A stretch of 64,000 nucleotides of DNA from a virus. Location: the IMG/VR virus record IMGVR_UViG_3300021400_000042; one strand, 5' to 3'. Under the pieces are notes generated by a model. The model ran no database searches, was not told where the DNA came from, and saw only the letters and a list, made by a program, of their open reading frames with translations. Below, in pieces: positions 36,241 through 45,934 of this stretch (the first letter of the stretch is position 1; each line of letters opens with the position of its first letter). The translations under genes were made by a program, and so were the position numbers.

Positions 36241-37482
36241 GTGCGGATGGCTACACCGAATGAACATGCGAAGGCGAGTGCATCCGGATCCGGCCGCTGG
36301 TTGAACTGCACGATGTCCCCAACTTTTGAAGCACAGTTTCCGGACGGAGATCCGGGGCCGTATGCGAAAGAGGGAACACTTGCACATCGGATCTGTGAGC
36401 TGACGGCTGAATACAATTCCGGGGAGATCACGAAACGGAAATACAATTCGCAGATTAAGAAATGCCGTGAAGATCCGCTTTTCCAGGAAGAGATGATAAA
36501 GACAGCTGAGTTTTACGGTCAGTACGTCTGGGAGAAGGTTACGGGATTTTCCGGAAAGCCTTATCAGAAGCAGGAAGTCAGGGTTGATTTTTCTGAGTAT
36601 GTTCCGGGAGGCTTTGGAACATGTGACTGCCTGATAATCGGCGGCGATACGCTTTGCATCGTTGATTACAAGCATGGTAAGGGCGTTCCGGTATCAGCTG
36701 AAAACAATTCACAGATGCGATTGTACGCACTGGGAGCGTTGAAACAGTACGGAATGCTTTATGCAGTGAAGAACGTTTCAATGGCAATCGTGCAGCCCCG
36801 GATCACGGAAGAGGTCAGTGAGGAGACAATCACGGTAGAGGAACTGCTTTCCTGGGGAGAACAGATCAAACCGATTGCACAGAAGGCCGTAACCGGTATC
36901 GGGGCGGAATTCAAGGAAGGCCCATGGTGTCGGTTCTGCAAAGGCCGTGCGGTATGCAGGGCGAGGGCAGAGAACATGACAGCGCTGGAAGACTTCAAAG
37001 ATCTTCCAATCGATGGAAAGTTGACAGAGGAAGAGAAGACACAGAGGGCAGCGGCCATGGATGCCGGCTTTACCCTTCTGTCGGTTTTGACGGATGCGGA
37101 TGTTGGGGATCTGCTTTTCAGGGGAGAACAGCTTGTCAGCTGGTACAACGATCTGAAGGATTATGCGCTGGAAGCGATTCTGACCGGAAAAGAGATCCCC
37201 GGATGGAAGGCAGTGGCCGGAAGATCAAACAGGGCGTTTGATGATACGGACGCAGCTCTGGAAGCAGCGAAGAAGGCCGGATATGACGAAGCTGTCCTGT
37301 ATGACAGGAAGCCGAAAACCCTCACTGAACTGGAAAAGATGATGGGTAAGAAAGAATTTGCTGAAGTCATGGGGAGCCACATTGTAAAGCCAATAGGAAA
37401 ACCCACACTGGTAGAGCAGTCAGATAAGCGGGAGCCGTACAGTCCGGCGGCGGCTGATTTTGCAGGAGCTACACAGTCATGA
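36241..37482 (+). CDS. DUF2800-type PD-(D/E)XK (Cas4-like) nuclease
   Basis: N-terminus SASGSGRWLNC and a C-terminal Cys cluster (WCRFCKGRAVC). Usual partner of DUF2815 and PolA. Confidence 0.65.
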   Translation: MRMATPNEHAKASASGSGRWLNCTMSPTFEAQFPDGDPGPYAKEGTLAHRICELTAEYNSGEITKRKYNSQIKKCREDPLFQEEMIKTAEFYGQYVWEKVTGFSGKPYQKQEVRVDFSEYVPGGFGTCDCLIIGGDTLCIVDYKHGKGVPVSAENNSQMRLYALGALKQYGMLYAVKNVSMAIVQPRITEEVSEETITVEELLSWGEQIKPIAQKAVTGIGAEFKEGPWCRFCKGRAVCRARAENMTALEDFKDLPIDGKLTEEEKTQRAAAMDAGFTLLSVLTDADVGDLLFRGEQLVSWYNDLKDYALEAILTGKEIPGWKAVAGRSNRAFDDTDAALEAAKKAGYDEAVLYDRKPKTLTELEKMMGKKEFAEVMGSHIVKPIGKPTLVEQSDKREPYSPAAADFAGATQS

Positions 37483-37889
37483 CAGAGAGAAGTTTGGAGT
37501 TCAGGCGTTATGGCTGCCGGATGACTCTGAATATGCCGGTAGCCATGGAGGAAATGTCGATCACCAATCTCCGGAAGTTCTTCAAGCTGATGGACGAGGA
37601 ATATTGGAGGAATGAAGAAAGCACCCGCTCTTTCTTCTCCTATATTCCTGAGATCCTGGAAGACCTGAAGGACAAATGGAACGAGGAAAGCCTGAAGTTC
37701 CAGAAGGAATATCAGGATCCTAAGTTTGACTCATCTGGAAACTATATCAGTGACAAGGTTGAGCGCGAGAAGAGAAGGAACCACAATAAACGGCTGATGA
37801 ACCGAGTGAAAGCGGCAAAGGCCAGGTATGAACGGTTTCAGAAGAAGATTCCAAAGTTAAAAGAACTGCAAGAGCAGTATTCACATTAA
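37479..37889 (+). CDS. Hypothetical protein (136 aa)
   Basis: ATGA overlap with the upstream gene. Confidence 0.5.
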   Translation: MTERSLEFRRYGCRMTLNMPVAMEEMSITNLRKFFKLMDEEYWRNEESTRSFFSYIPEILEDLKDKWNEESLKFQKEYQDPKFDSSGNYISDKVEREKRRNHNKRLMNRVKAAKARYERFQKKIPKLKELQEQYSH

Positions 37890-37901
37890 GGAGGCAAATA
37901 T

Positions 37902-38663
37902 ATGTATCAGAATATCCCTACTAAAGTTTTAACCGGTGAAGTCAGACTTTCCTATTGCCATCTGAATGAGCCGTCTCTGAGAAAAGATGCAGCTCCGGGC
38001 GAAAAGCCGAGATACAGCGTAACTCTGCTGATTCCGAAAACAGATGTGGCAACAAAGGCCGATATCGACTCTGCTATCAAAGCGGCCTATGAGGATGGTG
38101 TGGCGAACAAGTGGAAGGGCCTGCGGCCTGAAATGGCTTCCCCGCTGATCTGGGACGGTGACGGAAGACGTAAAGGCGGCGATGAGTTCGGTCCTGAGTG
38201 CAAAGGCCACTGGGTTATTACAGCGAACACTCCGGACAATACCAGAAAGCCGCAGGTCGTTGACATCTCCAATATCAATGTCGAGCTTGCACCGAAGGAT
38301 GTTTATTCCGGCATGTATGCCCGTGTAACGCTTAATTTCTTCTCCTACAGCAGAGGAAACAAGGGTGTTGGTTGCGGCCTGGGTAACGTCATGAAGACCA
38401 GAGACGGAGAGCCGCTGTCCGGTGGCGCGTCTGCTGCTTCCGACTTTGACGGTATCGGTCAGGCCGTCGCTCCCGGTGTCGGTTTTGGAGCAGGGCCGCA
38501 GGGAACAGCTACACCGAACTACGGCGGAGCGATGCCGGCCACACCCGGACAGATGGGTTACCAGAATACCGGAATGAACATCAATCCGATCACTGGCCAG
38601 CCGATGGGCGGTCCGCAGATGAGCGGGGTACAGATCAATCCGATCACAGGACAGCCCATGTAA
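37902..38663 (+). CDS. DUF2815-family ssDNA-binding-like protein
   Basis: N-terminus VLTGEVRLSYCHLNEP plus a Gly/Pro/Gln-rich tail. Gene context fits. Confidence 0.6.
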   Translation: MYQNIPTKVLTGEVRLSYCHLNEPSLRKDAAPGEKPRYSVTLLIPKTDVATKADIDSAIKAAYEDGVANKWKGLRPEMASPLIWDGDGRRKGGDEFGPECKGHWVITANTPDNTRKPQVVDISNINVELAPKDVYSGMYARVTLNFFSYSRGNKGVGCGLGNVMKTRDGEPLSGGASAASDFDGIGQAVAPGVGFGAGPQGTATPNYGGAMPATPGQMGYQNTGMNINPITGQPMGGPQMSGVQINPITGQPM

Positions 38664-38823
38664 GTTCTTCATAGTTTTTCTCCTTTTCACGGCAGAGCCG
38701 GAACTGCCTTAACAAAACATACACTGGGCAAATAATTGGCGGCATTACGGAACAGCCTAAGAACCGCAAGGGGAACACGCGGATAACACGTCTACCCCGG
38801 ACGAACCAGTTATCCGCACTGTG

Positions 38824-38965
38824 CGGAGCATAGCTCAATGGTAGAGCGGCGTGTATTCAGTAGCGATGGCGTGTCACATTGACGATACGTTGCTGCGGAG
38901 GGATCCGGACCAGTCACCCGGTTTTCAATTCAGTGACGGTGCAGGTTCAAGTCCTGCTGCTCCGC
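38824..38965 (+). ncRNA. tRNA-like element 1 (expanded anticodon region)
   Basis: Acceptor CGGAGCA/TGCTCCG, TA, D-arm GCTC-AATGGTA-GAGC, T-arm GCAGG-TTCAAGT-CCTGC. About 93 nt lie between the D- and T-arms instead of about 23. Confidence 0.6.
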
Positions 38966-39280
38966 TTATAGAAAACAGGGAGGGGGTGAACAGCTTTTAT
39001 GAATTCGGTGACTATCTTCCGTTTCGGATCTTTCGGATATGTGTCAACAGGAAAAGTATTACTGAGACTATGGCTTTTCGTTGGCATGATATCGCCGGAG
39101 ACAGTGAAAAGCTGGCATCCTATTTAGATTAAGCCCATGTAATGAAGAGCTTCTCGTTTAATAACCCAAAGATCCGAACGATGGTGAGTATTACATGGGC
39201 GCATAAAGCTCAACATGTGAATCGATAGTGCGTGTCTCCTGGCAGTGGAAATACAGGAATCACGACACGCACTCTTTTAT

Positions 39281-39376
39281 CGGAACGTGGACAAGAGGTC
39301 AAAGTCGCAGAGCTGAAAGAGAGATTGATCTGACAAAGGAAGCTCAGAGACGCAGGTTCAAATCCTGCCGTTCCGA
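39281..39376 (+). ncRNA. tRNA-like element 2
   Basis: Acceptor CGGAACG/CGTTCCG, D-arm GAC-AAGAGGTCAAA-GTC, T-arm GCAGG-TTCAAAT-CCTGC. About 45 nt in the anticodon-arm region, with no 7-nt anticodon loop. Confidence 0.55.
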
Positions 39377-39534
39377 AGCGGGGTGGAGAACAAATTATCC
39401 GCGCACCCAGTGACAAGTAGCGATAACACTTGTGAAGTAGGGGGACTAAAGTACACGGCCTCTTGAAAAACAGGTGGCGAAAACGTCAGGCCAACCTTGC
39501 GGGATGAGTGGTTTCGGTTACCTGAACCGACCAT

Positions 39535-39613
39535 CGGAACGTAGCTCAAAGGTAGAGCAGGGAATATGGCGGCCGAGGAAGCCCCGATGCAGGTTCAAGT
39601 CCTGTCGTTCTGA
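39535..39613 (+). ncRNA. tRNA-like element 3
   Basis: Acceptor CGGAACG/CGTTCTG, D-arm GCTC-AAAGGTA-GAGC, T-arm GCAGG-TTCAAGT-CCTGT. The 30-nt middle part does not fold into a canonical anticodon arm. Confidence 0.55.
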
Positions 39614-39990
39614 AGTAGTTGGCAGCGCGGAGAGCTGCAGATCTTGCCACACCCAAAATAGACCCGCGCATAAATAAGGGGCTGATCCTGCCGGTACAAA
39701 CAGAAACGGAATGTTCAGCAGGATACCGTGACAACATGAGAGGATGTTGACAGTCTGGAAAAAGAAGCGATGGACAGGCTACACAGTGAGGGAAAACACT
39801 TGAGCGAAAAAACACGCAACCGGGCGTAACACGGCGGTCGAGTCAGGATGTACACGGCGGGGCCGATACGTTGGCCGTGGCATGTCGGAAGTTTATGCAG
39901 GTTAGAGTGAACCGACGAAAAATAGTAACGACGTAACCGCAGAGGGCGAACTGTTCACCCGTCCCTCTCAAAACTAACGGGAGAACTTTT

Positions 39991-40095
39991 CGGAACGTAG
40001 CTTAAAAGGGAAAGCAGCGGCGGAGGATTTTGTCATGTTCCTAAATTATCAGTTGTGCAAGCCGCAGGATGCGCGTTCGAGTCCCGCCGTTCCGA
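39991..40095 (+). ncRNA. tRNA-like element 4
   Basis: Acceptor CGGAACG/CGTTCCG, D-arm GCTT-AAAAGGGA-AAGC, stem GCGGC/GCCGC closing a 39-nt loop, T-arm GCGCG-TTCGAGT-CCCGC (one mismatch). Confidence 0.55.
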
Positions 40096-40406
40096 TTGCC
40101 CGTCCGGTCATGTTTGAACCGGAAATTGAAACCGATTGCACTTTGGCAGCACGTCAGCCGGTCGAAGAGCGGCAGCAGTCAGGAGCGGCTATACGGCCTG
40201 CGTTTCGCTGTGAACGAAATCACAGAGCGCGAGGTTATGTTCGGTTTGTAGCGCGTAAAGGGTCCTGAAGACCGGACGATATACGGGGAAACCATATACA
40301 GCGACCGGAGCAGGTGAGAACCGACGATCTGGGGTTGTTAAACGGTGCATCGGTATGGGAGTACCCGTTTTTCTCTGAGATTTACAAGTGATGAAGGAGG
40401 CAACCT

Positions 40407-42413
40407 ATGATGCATCACTTATCAATCGACCTGGAAACGTACTCTGAAGCGACTATCACAAAGACAGGAGCGCAGCGGTACATTCTGGATCCGAGTTTTG
40501 AAATATTATTGTTCGCCTATTCCGTGGACGGGCAGCCGGTCCAGATCATCGATCTGGCAAACGGTGAGACGGTCCCGGAATGGTTGAAAACAGCATTGGT
40601 GAATCCGGCCTATATCAAACACGCCTATAATGCACCGTTTGAATTCGGCTGCCTGTCAAAGTATTACGGACAGCTGTATCCGGCACAGTGGCGCTGCACG
40701 ATGTTCCACGGTCTGTATTGTGGCTACACAGCGGGACTGGAAGCAACGGGTAAGGCTTTAGGGCTGCCGGAAGACAAACAGAAATTGAAAACCGGTCGAG
40801 ACCTGATCCGGTACTTTTGTGTACCATGCCGGCCGACAAAGAGTAACGGACAGCGGACCAGAAACTATCCGCATCATGATCCGGATAAATGGCAGCTCTT
40901 CAAAGAATATTGCTGTCAGGACGTGGTTACAGAGATGGAGATTGAAAGACGGCTTTCTTCTTTCCCGGTTCCCGACTTTGTACAGAAGCAGTGGGAAACG
41001 GATCTGAGGATAAACTTCAGAGGCGTGGCCGTGGATATGCCGTTTGTGGAAGGCGCTCTCATCATGGGTAACCAGGTGAAGACGGAAATGATCGAAGAGG
41101 CAGAACAGATAACGAACCTTGACAATCCGAACAGTATTTCACAACTGAAAGACTGGCTGAATAAAGAGATTGGAACCGGTGAAGAGGAACCGGAAATTCA
41201 GAGCTTGTCAAAGGACATCGTGAAGAAGCTCCTGAACCGTGAAGACAACAGTCCGGATGTACAGAGGATGCTGCAGATCCGTCAGGAGCTTGGAAAGACA
41301 TCCACGAAGAAGTATGACGCAATAAAGATATGTGTTTGTCCTGATAAGCGGGTCAGAGGACTGCTGCAGTTCTATGGAGCCAACAGAACCGGCAGATGGG
41401 CCGGCCGGCTGGTACAGGTCCAGAACCTTCCGAGAACGTACACAGATCCGATAGAGCTTGCCCGTGAGCTTGTCACAGACAGGAAGACAACGGCGGTCAG
41501 ATGCCTTTACGGATCTGTCTCTGACACGCTCTCACAGCTCATCAGGACGGCTTTCATTGCCAGTCCTGGGAATGTTCTGATCGATGCCGATTTCAGCGCT
41601 ATTGAGGCGCGTGTGATCTCGTGGCTGGCCGGTGAACAGTGGAGACTGGAAGTATTCCGGACGCACGGGAAGATCTACGAGGCTTCCGCTTCACAGATGT
41701 TCGGCGTACCGATAGAGCTGATTAAGAAGGGCAATCCTGAATATGCTCTGAGGGCAAAAGGGAAGGTCGCTGAATTGGCTTTAGGATATCAGGGAAGTTC
41801 CGGGGCGCTCATCAATATGGGAGCTTTGGAGATGGGGCTACACGAAGAGGAACTGCCGGACATCGTACAGAGATGGAGGACCGCGAACAGGCACATTCAA
41901 AGTCTCTGGTATGAAATGGATGAAGGGGCGCGGCAGGTTATCGGTTTTGGCGGGGCCGTGAATGTACACGGGTTATGGCTGGCAAGGGAGTATGACTATA
42001 ACCAGGGTGTTTACTGCTTCACGATCACGTTACCTTCCGGCCGGAAGCTCTTTTACATCAATCCGAAGATCGGAACGAACCGGTTTGGCGGTGAGTCTAT
42101 CACGTACTGGGGTATGGACCAGACATCGAAGAAGTGGAAAGAGATAGAGACCTACGGCGGGAAACTGACAGAGAACGTTGTGCAGGCTATTGCTCGTGAT
42201 TGTCTGGCAGAGGCGATTGAACGCCTGGAAGCGGCAGGGTTTCCCATTGTCTTCCATGTGCATGATGAAGTGGTCATTGATATAAAGCCCTATGCAGACA
42301 ACAAGGCGATGCTGCAGCAGGTAGTCGATATCATGAAGCAGCCGCCGGCATGGGCGGCAGATATGCCGCTGAATGCGGCAGGATGGGTAGGAGATTTCTT
42401 CACGAAGGATTAA
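40407..42413 (+). CDS. Family A DNA polymerase with 3'-5' exonuclease domain
   Basis: ExoI motif LSIDLETYS. 668 aa. Context with DUF2800 and DUF2815. Confidence 0.8.
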   Translation: MMHHLSIDLETYSEATITKTGAQRYILDPSFEILLFAYSVDGQPVQIIDLANGETVPEWLKTALVNPAYIKHAYNAPFEFGCLSKYYGQLYPAQWRCTMFHGLYCGYTAGLEATGKALGLPEDKQKLKTGRDLIRYFCVPCRPTKSNGQRTRNYPHHDPDKWQLFKEYCCQDVVTEMEIERRLSSFPVPDFVQKQWETDLRINFRGVAVDMPFVEGALIMGNQVKTEMIEEAEQITNLDNPNSISQLKDWLNKEIGTGEEEPEIQSLSKDIVKKLLNREDNSPDVQRMLQIRQELGKTSTKKYDAIKICVCPDKRVRGLLQFYGANRTGRWAGRLVQVQNLPRTYTDPIELARELVTDRKTTAVRCLYGSVSDTLSQLIRTAFIASPGNVLIDADFSAIEARVISWLAGEQWRLEVFRTHGKIYEASASQMFGVPIELIKKGNPEYALRAKGKVAELALGYQGSSGALINMGALEMGLHEEELPDIVQRWRTANRHIQSLWYEMDEGARQVIGFGGAVNVHGLWLAREYDYNQGVYCFTITLPSGRKLFYINPKIGTNRFGGESITYWGMDQTSKKWKEIETYGGKLTENVVQAIARDCLAEAIERLEAAGFPIVFHVHDEVVIDIKPYADNKAMLQQVVDIMKQPPAWAADMPLNAAGWVGDFFTKD

Positions 42414-42426
42414 GGGGAGTGAGTTC

Positions 42427-42597
42427 ATGAAGAATACGGTTTTAAAGGTACAGGCGTATATATGCCTAATCATCTGGACGATCGCCGCTTGTGCGGTAGA
42501 TAGTGACAGCTGGATACCAACTATCATAGTTGCTGTCGTGACAGCATGGCTGACGCTTTTCGCATATGCGAATGACTGGTTTGAGGGGTACTGCTGA
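42427..42597 (+). CDS. Small membrane protein (56 aa)
   Basis: Two hydrophobic segments. Below the ORF-track cutoff. Confidence 0.35.
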   Translation: MKNTVLKVQAYICLIIWTIAACAVDSDSWIPTIIVAVVTAWLTLFAYANDWFEGYC

Positions 42598-42627
42598 AAA
42601 AGGCAGTAAATAATAAGGGGGCAAAAC

Positions 42628-42858
42628 ATGAAGCGCACAAACAGGGGATCCGGAAGAGAAATCTTCACGGAAGAGTATTGGGACAAAGTGTTTATGAAGC
42701 TGCTTATGCGGATCGGGATCTTTGCTATCACCGTAACGGTGATCGGGGTACTGGCCACACCGATAATCATGTCTGTGGTTTACACCTGGCGGTGGATGTT
42801 CCTGTATCCGGCATATCTGGTAATCATACTTTTAGCATTGGCATTTGATAGGAGGTAA
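42628..42858 (+). CDS. Small membrane protein (76 aa)
   Basis: Hydrophobic C-terminal two-thirds. Confidence 0.45.
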   Translation: MKRTNRGSGREIFTEEYWDKVFMKLLMRIGIFAITVTVIGVLATPIIMSVVYTWRWMFLYPAYLVIILLALAFDRR

Positions 42859-42860
42859 AC

Positions 42861-43496
42861 ATGAAGATCATTAAACCATCAGTAGAGTTCATCACACCTT
42901 TGAACGGGAAAGTCATCATGGAGCGGCTGGAAGAATGCGGCCGTGTCTGCTACAAGTCGGAAGATTCCATCACAGAGGGAAGCGCAGAGAAGTTCCTGAA
43001 AGGGATCATTTCAAGAGGGCATGAGGCAGTCCTGGAACATTGTTCCTTCACAGTCAAATTCATCTGTGATCGTGGAGTATCCCATGAAATCGTAAGACAC
43101 AGGCTTGCCGCTTACTGTCAGGAGTCCACACGGTACTGCAATTACAGTAAGGATAAGTACAACAACGAAATTACGGTCATAGAGCCGTGTTATCTGACTC
43201 AGGGTACAGAAACCTATGCCCGATGGGAAAAGGCCTGCATTGAGGCGGAGAGTGCTTATTTTGACCTTCTGAATGCCGGTTGTTCCCCGCAGGAAGCAAG
43301 GGCAGTCCTTCCCAACAGTCTGAAGACAGAGCTTGTCATGACAGCGGACATCAGAGAGTGGAGACACTTCCTCAGACTCAGATGCAGTAAAGCCGCCCAT
43401 CCGCAGATAAGGGAGGTAGCTACACAGCTTTTGGAAGCGCTGCAGTGGGATCTGCCGGTTTTGTTCGGTGATATCTGGGAGGATCTGAAGAAATGA
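42861..43496 (+). CDS. thyX: FAD-dependent thymidylate synthase ThyX
   Basis: Contains VRHRLAAYCQESTRY, the RHR...S..Y ThyX signature. Confidence 0.85.
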   Translation: MKIIKPSVEFITPLNGKVIMERLEECGRVCYKSEDSITEGSAEKFLKGIISRGHEAVLEHCSFTVKFICDRGVSHEIVRHRLAAYCQESTRYCNYSKDKYNNEITVIEPCYLTQGTETYARWEKACIEAESAYFDLLNAGCSPQEARAVLPNSLKTELVMTADIREWRHFLRLRCSKAAHPQIREVATQLLEALQWDLPVLFGDIWEDLKK

Positions 43497-43654
43497 CTTT
43501 TACATTGATTGCAAAGACGGTTTTTATGGTCGCGGCGCTGCTCTTTTCAGTATGCAGCGTGGGAGCGAAGGAACAGAATGTCGGCTGGCGGTGCGTGGTA
43601 CTGTCAGCGGTATTTACAGCTGCTTTAGCGGCGATGATTGTGATTAAGGGGTGA
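43493..43654 (+). CDS. Small membrane protein (53 aa)
   Basis: ATGA overlap with thyX. Two TM segments. Confidence 0.35.
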   Translation: MTFTLIAKTVFMVAALLFSVCSVGAKEQNVGWRCVVLSAVFTAALAAMIVIKG

Positions 43655-43660
43655 CAAGGG

Positions 43661-43951
43661 ATGAAGAGAAAAGAGGTTTTACAGCAGGCTGACAAGTGTG
43701 TAAATGGCGAAAGAGAACAGGATTACGGTACACCGGAACAGAACTTTCAGATTATCGCGGACCTGTGGAGCGTTTACAAGGGCGTATCCTTTTCACCGGT
43801 AGATGTGGCAATGATGATGTCCCTTCTGAAGATTGCGCGGATTAAGAGCGGCGGCGGAACCGGTGACAGCTTTGTTGATCTGGCCGGATATGCAGCCTGC
43901 GGCGGCGAACTGGCAGAACTGGAAAAGACGAGAGTGACGGCGAAACGATGA
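43661..43951 (+). CDS. DUF6378-like protein (96 aa)
   Basis: Contains GEREQDYGTPEQNF...KIARIK, resembling DUF6378 phage proteins by eye. Confidence 0.5.
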   Translation: MKRKEVLQQADKCVNGEREQDYGTPEQNFQIIADLWSVYKGVSFSPVDVAMMMSLLKIARIKSGGGTGDSFVDLAGYAACGGELAELEKTRVTAKR

Positions 43952-45306
43952 GAGAAACGAACCTGATAATAGATTGCTTTGCCGGCGGAGGAGGGGCTTC
44001 CGTCGGTATCGAAATGGCGGTAGGCCGCAGCGTAGATATCGCGGTAAACCATGATCCGCAGGCCATACGGATGCATACCGTCAATCACCCGAAAACACTT
44101 CATCTGACAGAGGATATCTTTGAGGTTGATCTGCAGAAATATGTTGGTGGCCGTCATGTGGCCCTTATGTGGGCTTCTCCGGACTGTACGCAGTTCAGTA
44201 AGGCCAAAGGTGGAAAGCCCCGTGTGAGCGGGATCCGGATGCTTCCCTGGGCGGTATATAAACACGCGAAGGCTGTACAGCCGGATGTCATCATTATGGA
44301 AAACGTCGAGGAGATCCAGCAGTGGGGTCCTCTGGATGAGAACGGCAGACCGATAAAAGAAAAGATGGGTGAAGAGTATTCCCGGTTCATATCGGCAGTC
44401 AAAGGTTTGGGCTATGTGTTTGACAGCAGAGAACTGATTGCAGCTGATTACGGCGCTCCCACGACACGGAAACGCTGGTATGCGATATTCCGCAGAGACG
44501 GCAGGCCAATTACCTGGCCGCAGCCGTCTCATTTCAGAGATGCGGAACCGCGCTGGAAGCCATGCGGAGATTATATAGACTGGTCGGATCTGGGGCAGTC
44601 GATCTTTAACCGAAAGAGGCCGTTGGCGGAGGCTACACAACGCAGGATAGCGAACGGTATACGTAAGTATATCGTCGAGAATCCGGATCCGTACATCGTG
44701 AAGGATGAAAAGGCCCTGGCCTTCATCATCCAGTATCACGGAGAACAGAAGGATGGGGATAGCCGGGGACAGGTCCTCACAGAGCCAATCAGAACTATAG
44801 ACACGTCAAATCGGTACGGACTGGTAACGGCCTTTGTGACGAAGTTCTATAAAACCGGGATCGGGCAGGGGTGTGACGAACCGCTGCATACGATCACAAC
44901 AAGCCCCGGACACTTTGGCGTGATATCGGCATTCTTGGTCAAGTATTACGGGCAGGGATGCGGTCAGCAGGTATCAGAACCGCTGGCAACGATCACGACA
45001 AAAGACAGGTTTGGTCTGGTTAATGTACTGCTGACTATAGATGGTCAGAAATACGTTATTTCAGATATATTTCTGCGAATGCTGAAGCCTACAGAACTGA
45101 AGGTTATGCAGGGATTTCCGAATGATTACATCATCGGATATGACCTGTCATGGAGGAAGATGTCTGTAGCAGAGCAGGTCGCAAAAATAGGAAACAGCGT
45201 TTCCCCGCCGGTTGCTAAAGCACTTGTGGAGGCGAACTGTGCATATCTCAAAGAGGGCGAGAGGAAACCGATAATCAGTTTTGACAGACTGGAAAAGACC
45301 GGTTGA
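43948..45306 (+). CDS. DNA (cytosine-5)-methyltransferase
   Basis: Motif I DCFAGGGG, motif IV-like SPDCTQFS, motif VI IIMENVEE. Confidence 0.8.
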   Translation: MRETNLIIDCFAGGGGASVGIEMAVGRSVDIAVNHDPQAIRMHTVNHPKTLHLTEDIFEVDLQKYVGGRHVALMWASPDCTQFSKAKGGKPRVSGIRMLPWAVYKHAKAVQPDVIIMENVEEIQQWGPLDENGRPIKEKMGEEYSRFISAVKGLGYVFDSRELIAADYGAPTTRKRWYAIFRRDGRPITWPQPSHFRDAEPRWKPCGDYIDWSDLGQSIFNRKRPLAEATQRRIANGIRKYIVENPDPYIVKDEKALAFIIQYHGEQKDGDSRGQVLTEPIRTIDTSNRYGLVTAFVTKFYKTGIGQGCDEPLHTITTSPGHFGVISAFLVKYYGQGCGQQVSEPLATITTKDRFGLVNVLLTIDGQKYVISDIFLRMLKPTELKVMQGFPNDYIIGYDLSWRKMSVAEQVAKIGNSVSPPVAKALVEANCAYLKEGERKPIISFDRLEKTG

Positions 45307-45319
45307 ATAAGGAGGCATT

Positions 45320-45925
45320 ATGAAAATCGGAAGAGAGATCAAAGAGACCTGGGCAGAAATCGAAGAGCTTCAGAAGAATGGCGCATTGCTGAATCGGTGC
45401 GTTCCCGGGGATTACAAGCTCGTAGATTTTGGAGAGGATGGCGTTATCAGAATGCGCTTTGCCGGATTACATAAGGACGTAAGGGAATATGGAGAACCGG
45501 CTTATGCAACATGGGTTGCAGGAGATCTGACTGCAAAGAGACACCAGATGCACAATGACTGGTTTGGTGAGTACAGCAAATCGGATCTTAGAAAATGGCT
45601 GAACGATGAACTGTATAACCGGCTGCCGGATGACCTGAAGAGAATCATCGTTCCTGTGCTGAAACGGCAGGTGGCGTATGACGCGGACTGGAATTGCTAC
45701 ACAGATGAAGTGGTGGATAAAATCTGGATCCCGTCGTTTGCGGAGCTATTTGAGGGCGGATATCCTGATCTGTTTACAGACGATGAGAGCCGCGCTATGG
45801 GTGCGTTTTATTGGTGCCGGTCCGCTTATAACGGCAATTACTTCAGTGGTGTGGACAGCAGCGGCAACAATAGCCATGACATCGCGGACTACTCCTACCC
45901 GCTGGCCCTGGGCTTCTCAACCTGA
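45320..45925 (+). CDS. DGR target 2: stand-alone paralogue of the fibre C-terminal (DUF6273/CLec-like) domain, 201 aa
   Basis: Aligns by eye with the last ~240 aa of the 2009-aa fibre (IKETWAEI.. vs ITDDWATI..; RKWLN.. vs RKYLK..; IWIPS..E.F). Ends in VR2. Confidence 0.85.
   Translation: MKIGREIKETWAEIEELQKNGALLNRCVPGDYKLVDFGEDGVIRMRFAGLHKDVREYGEPAYATWVAGDLTAKRHQMHNDWFGEYSKSDLRKWLNDELYNRLPDDLKRIIVPVLKRQVAYDADWNCYTDEVVDKIWIPSFAELFEGGYPDLFTDDESRAMGAFYWCRSAYNGNYFSGVDSSGNNSHDIADYSYPLALGFST
45812..45919 (+). repeat. DGR variable region VR2
   Basis: 108 nt, collinear with TR 24152-24259. Has 12 mismatches in the body, all at TR adenines. Same GGCTTCTCA 3' end as VR1. Confidence 0.95.
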
Positions 45926-45934
45926 TCTTGAATC

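Larger units (their letters stand above)
38664..40375 (+). ncRNA. ORF-poor, GC-rich structured region carrying four tRNA-like modules
   Basis: 1.7 kb with no credible ORF and many stems (e.g. GCGGATAAC...GTTATCCGC at 38779-38817). Ends in a hairpin plus T5 near 40342-40375. Confidence 0.5.

Noticed and set aside
38851-39132. 93-aa ORF, and other 60-90-aa ORFs on both strands between 38.7 and 40.3 kb
   Set aside because: They start inside tRNA-like helices, mostly lack an RBS, overlap each other on both strands and have an odd composition. The region is better explained as non-coding RNA.
38824-40095. Interpreting the four tRNA-like elements as genuine tRNAs with anticodon-loop introns
   Set aside because: I could not derive a 5-bp anticodon stem with a U33-NNN-R37 loop for any of them after removing a single insert. 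I therefore did not call anticodons or isotypes.
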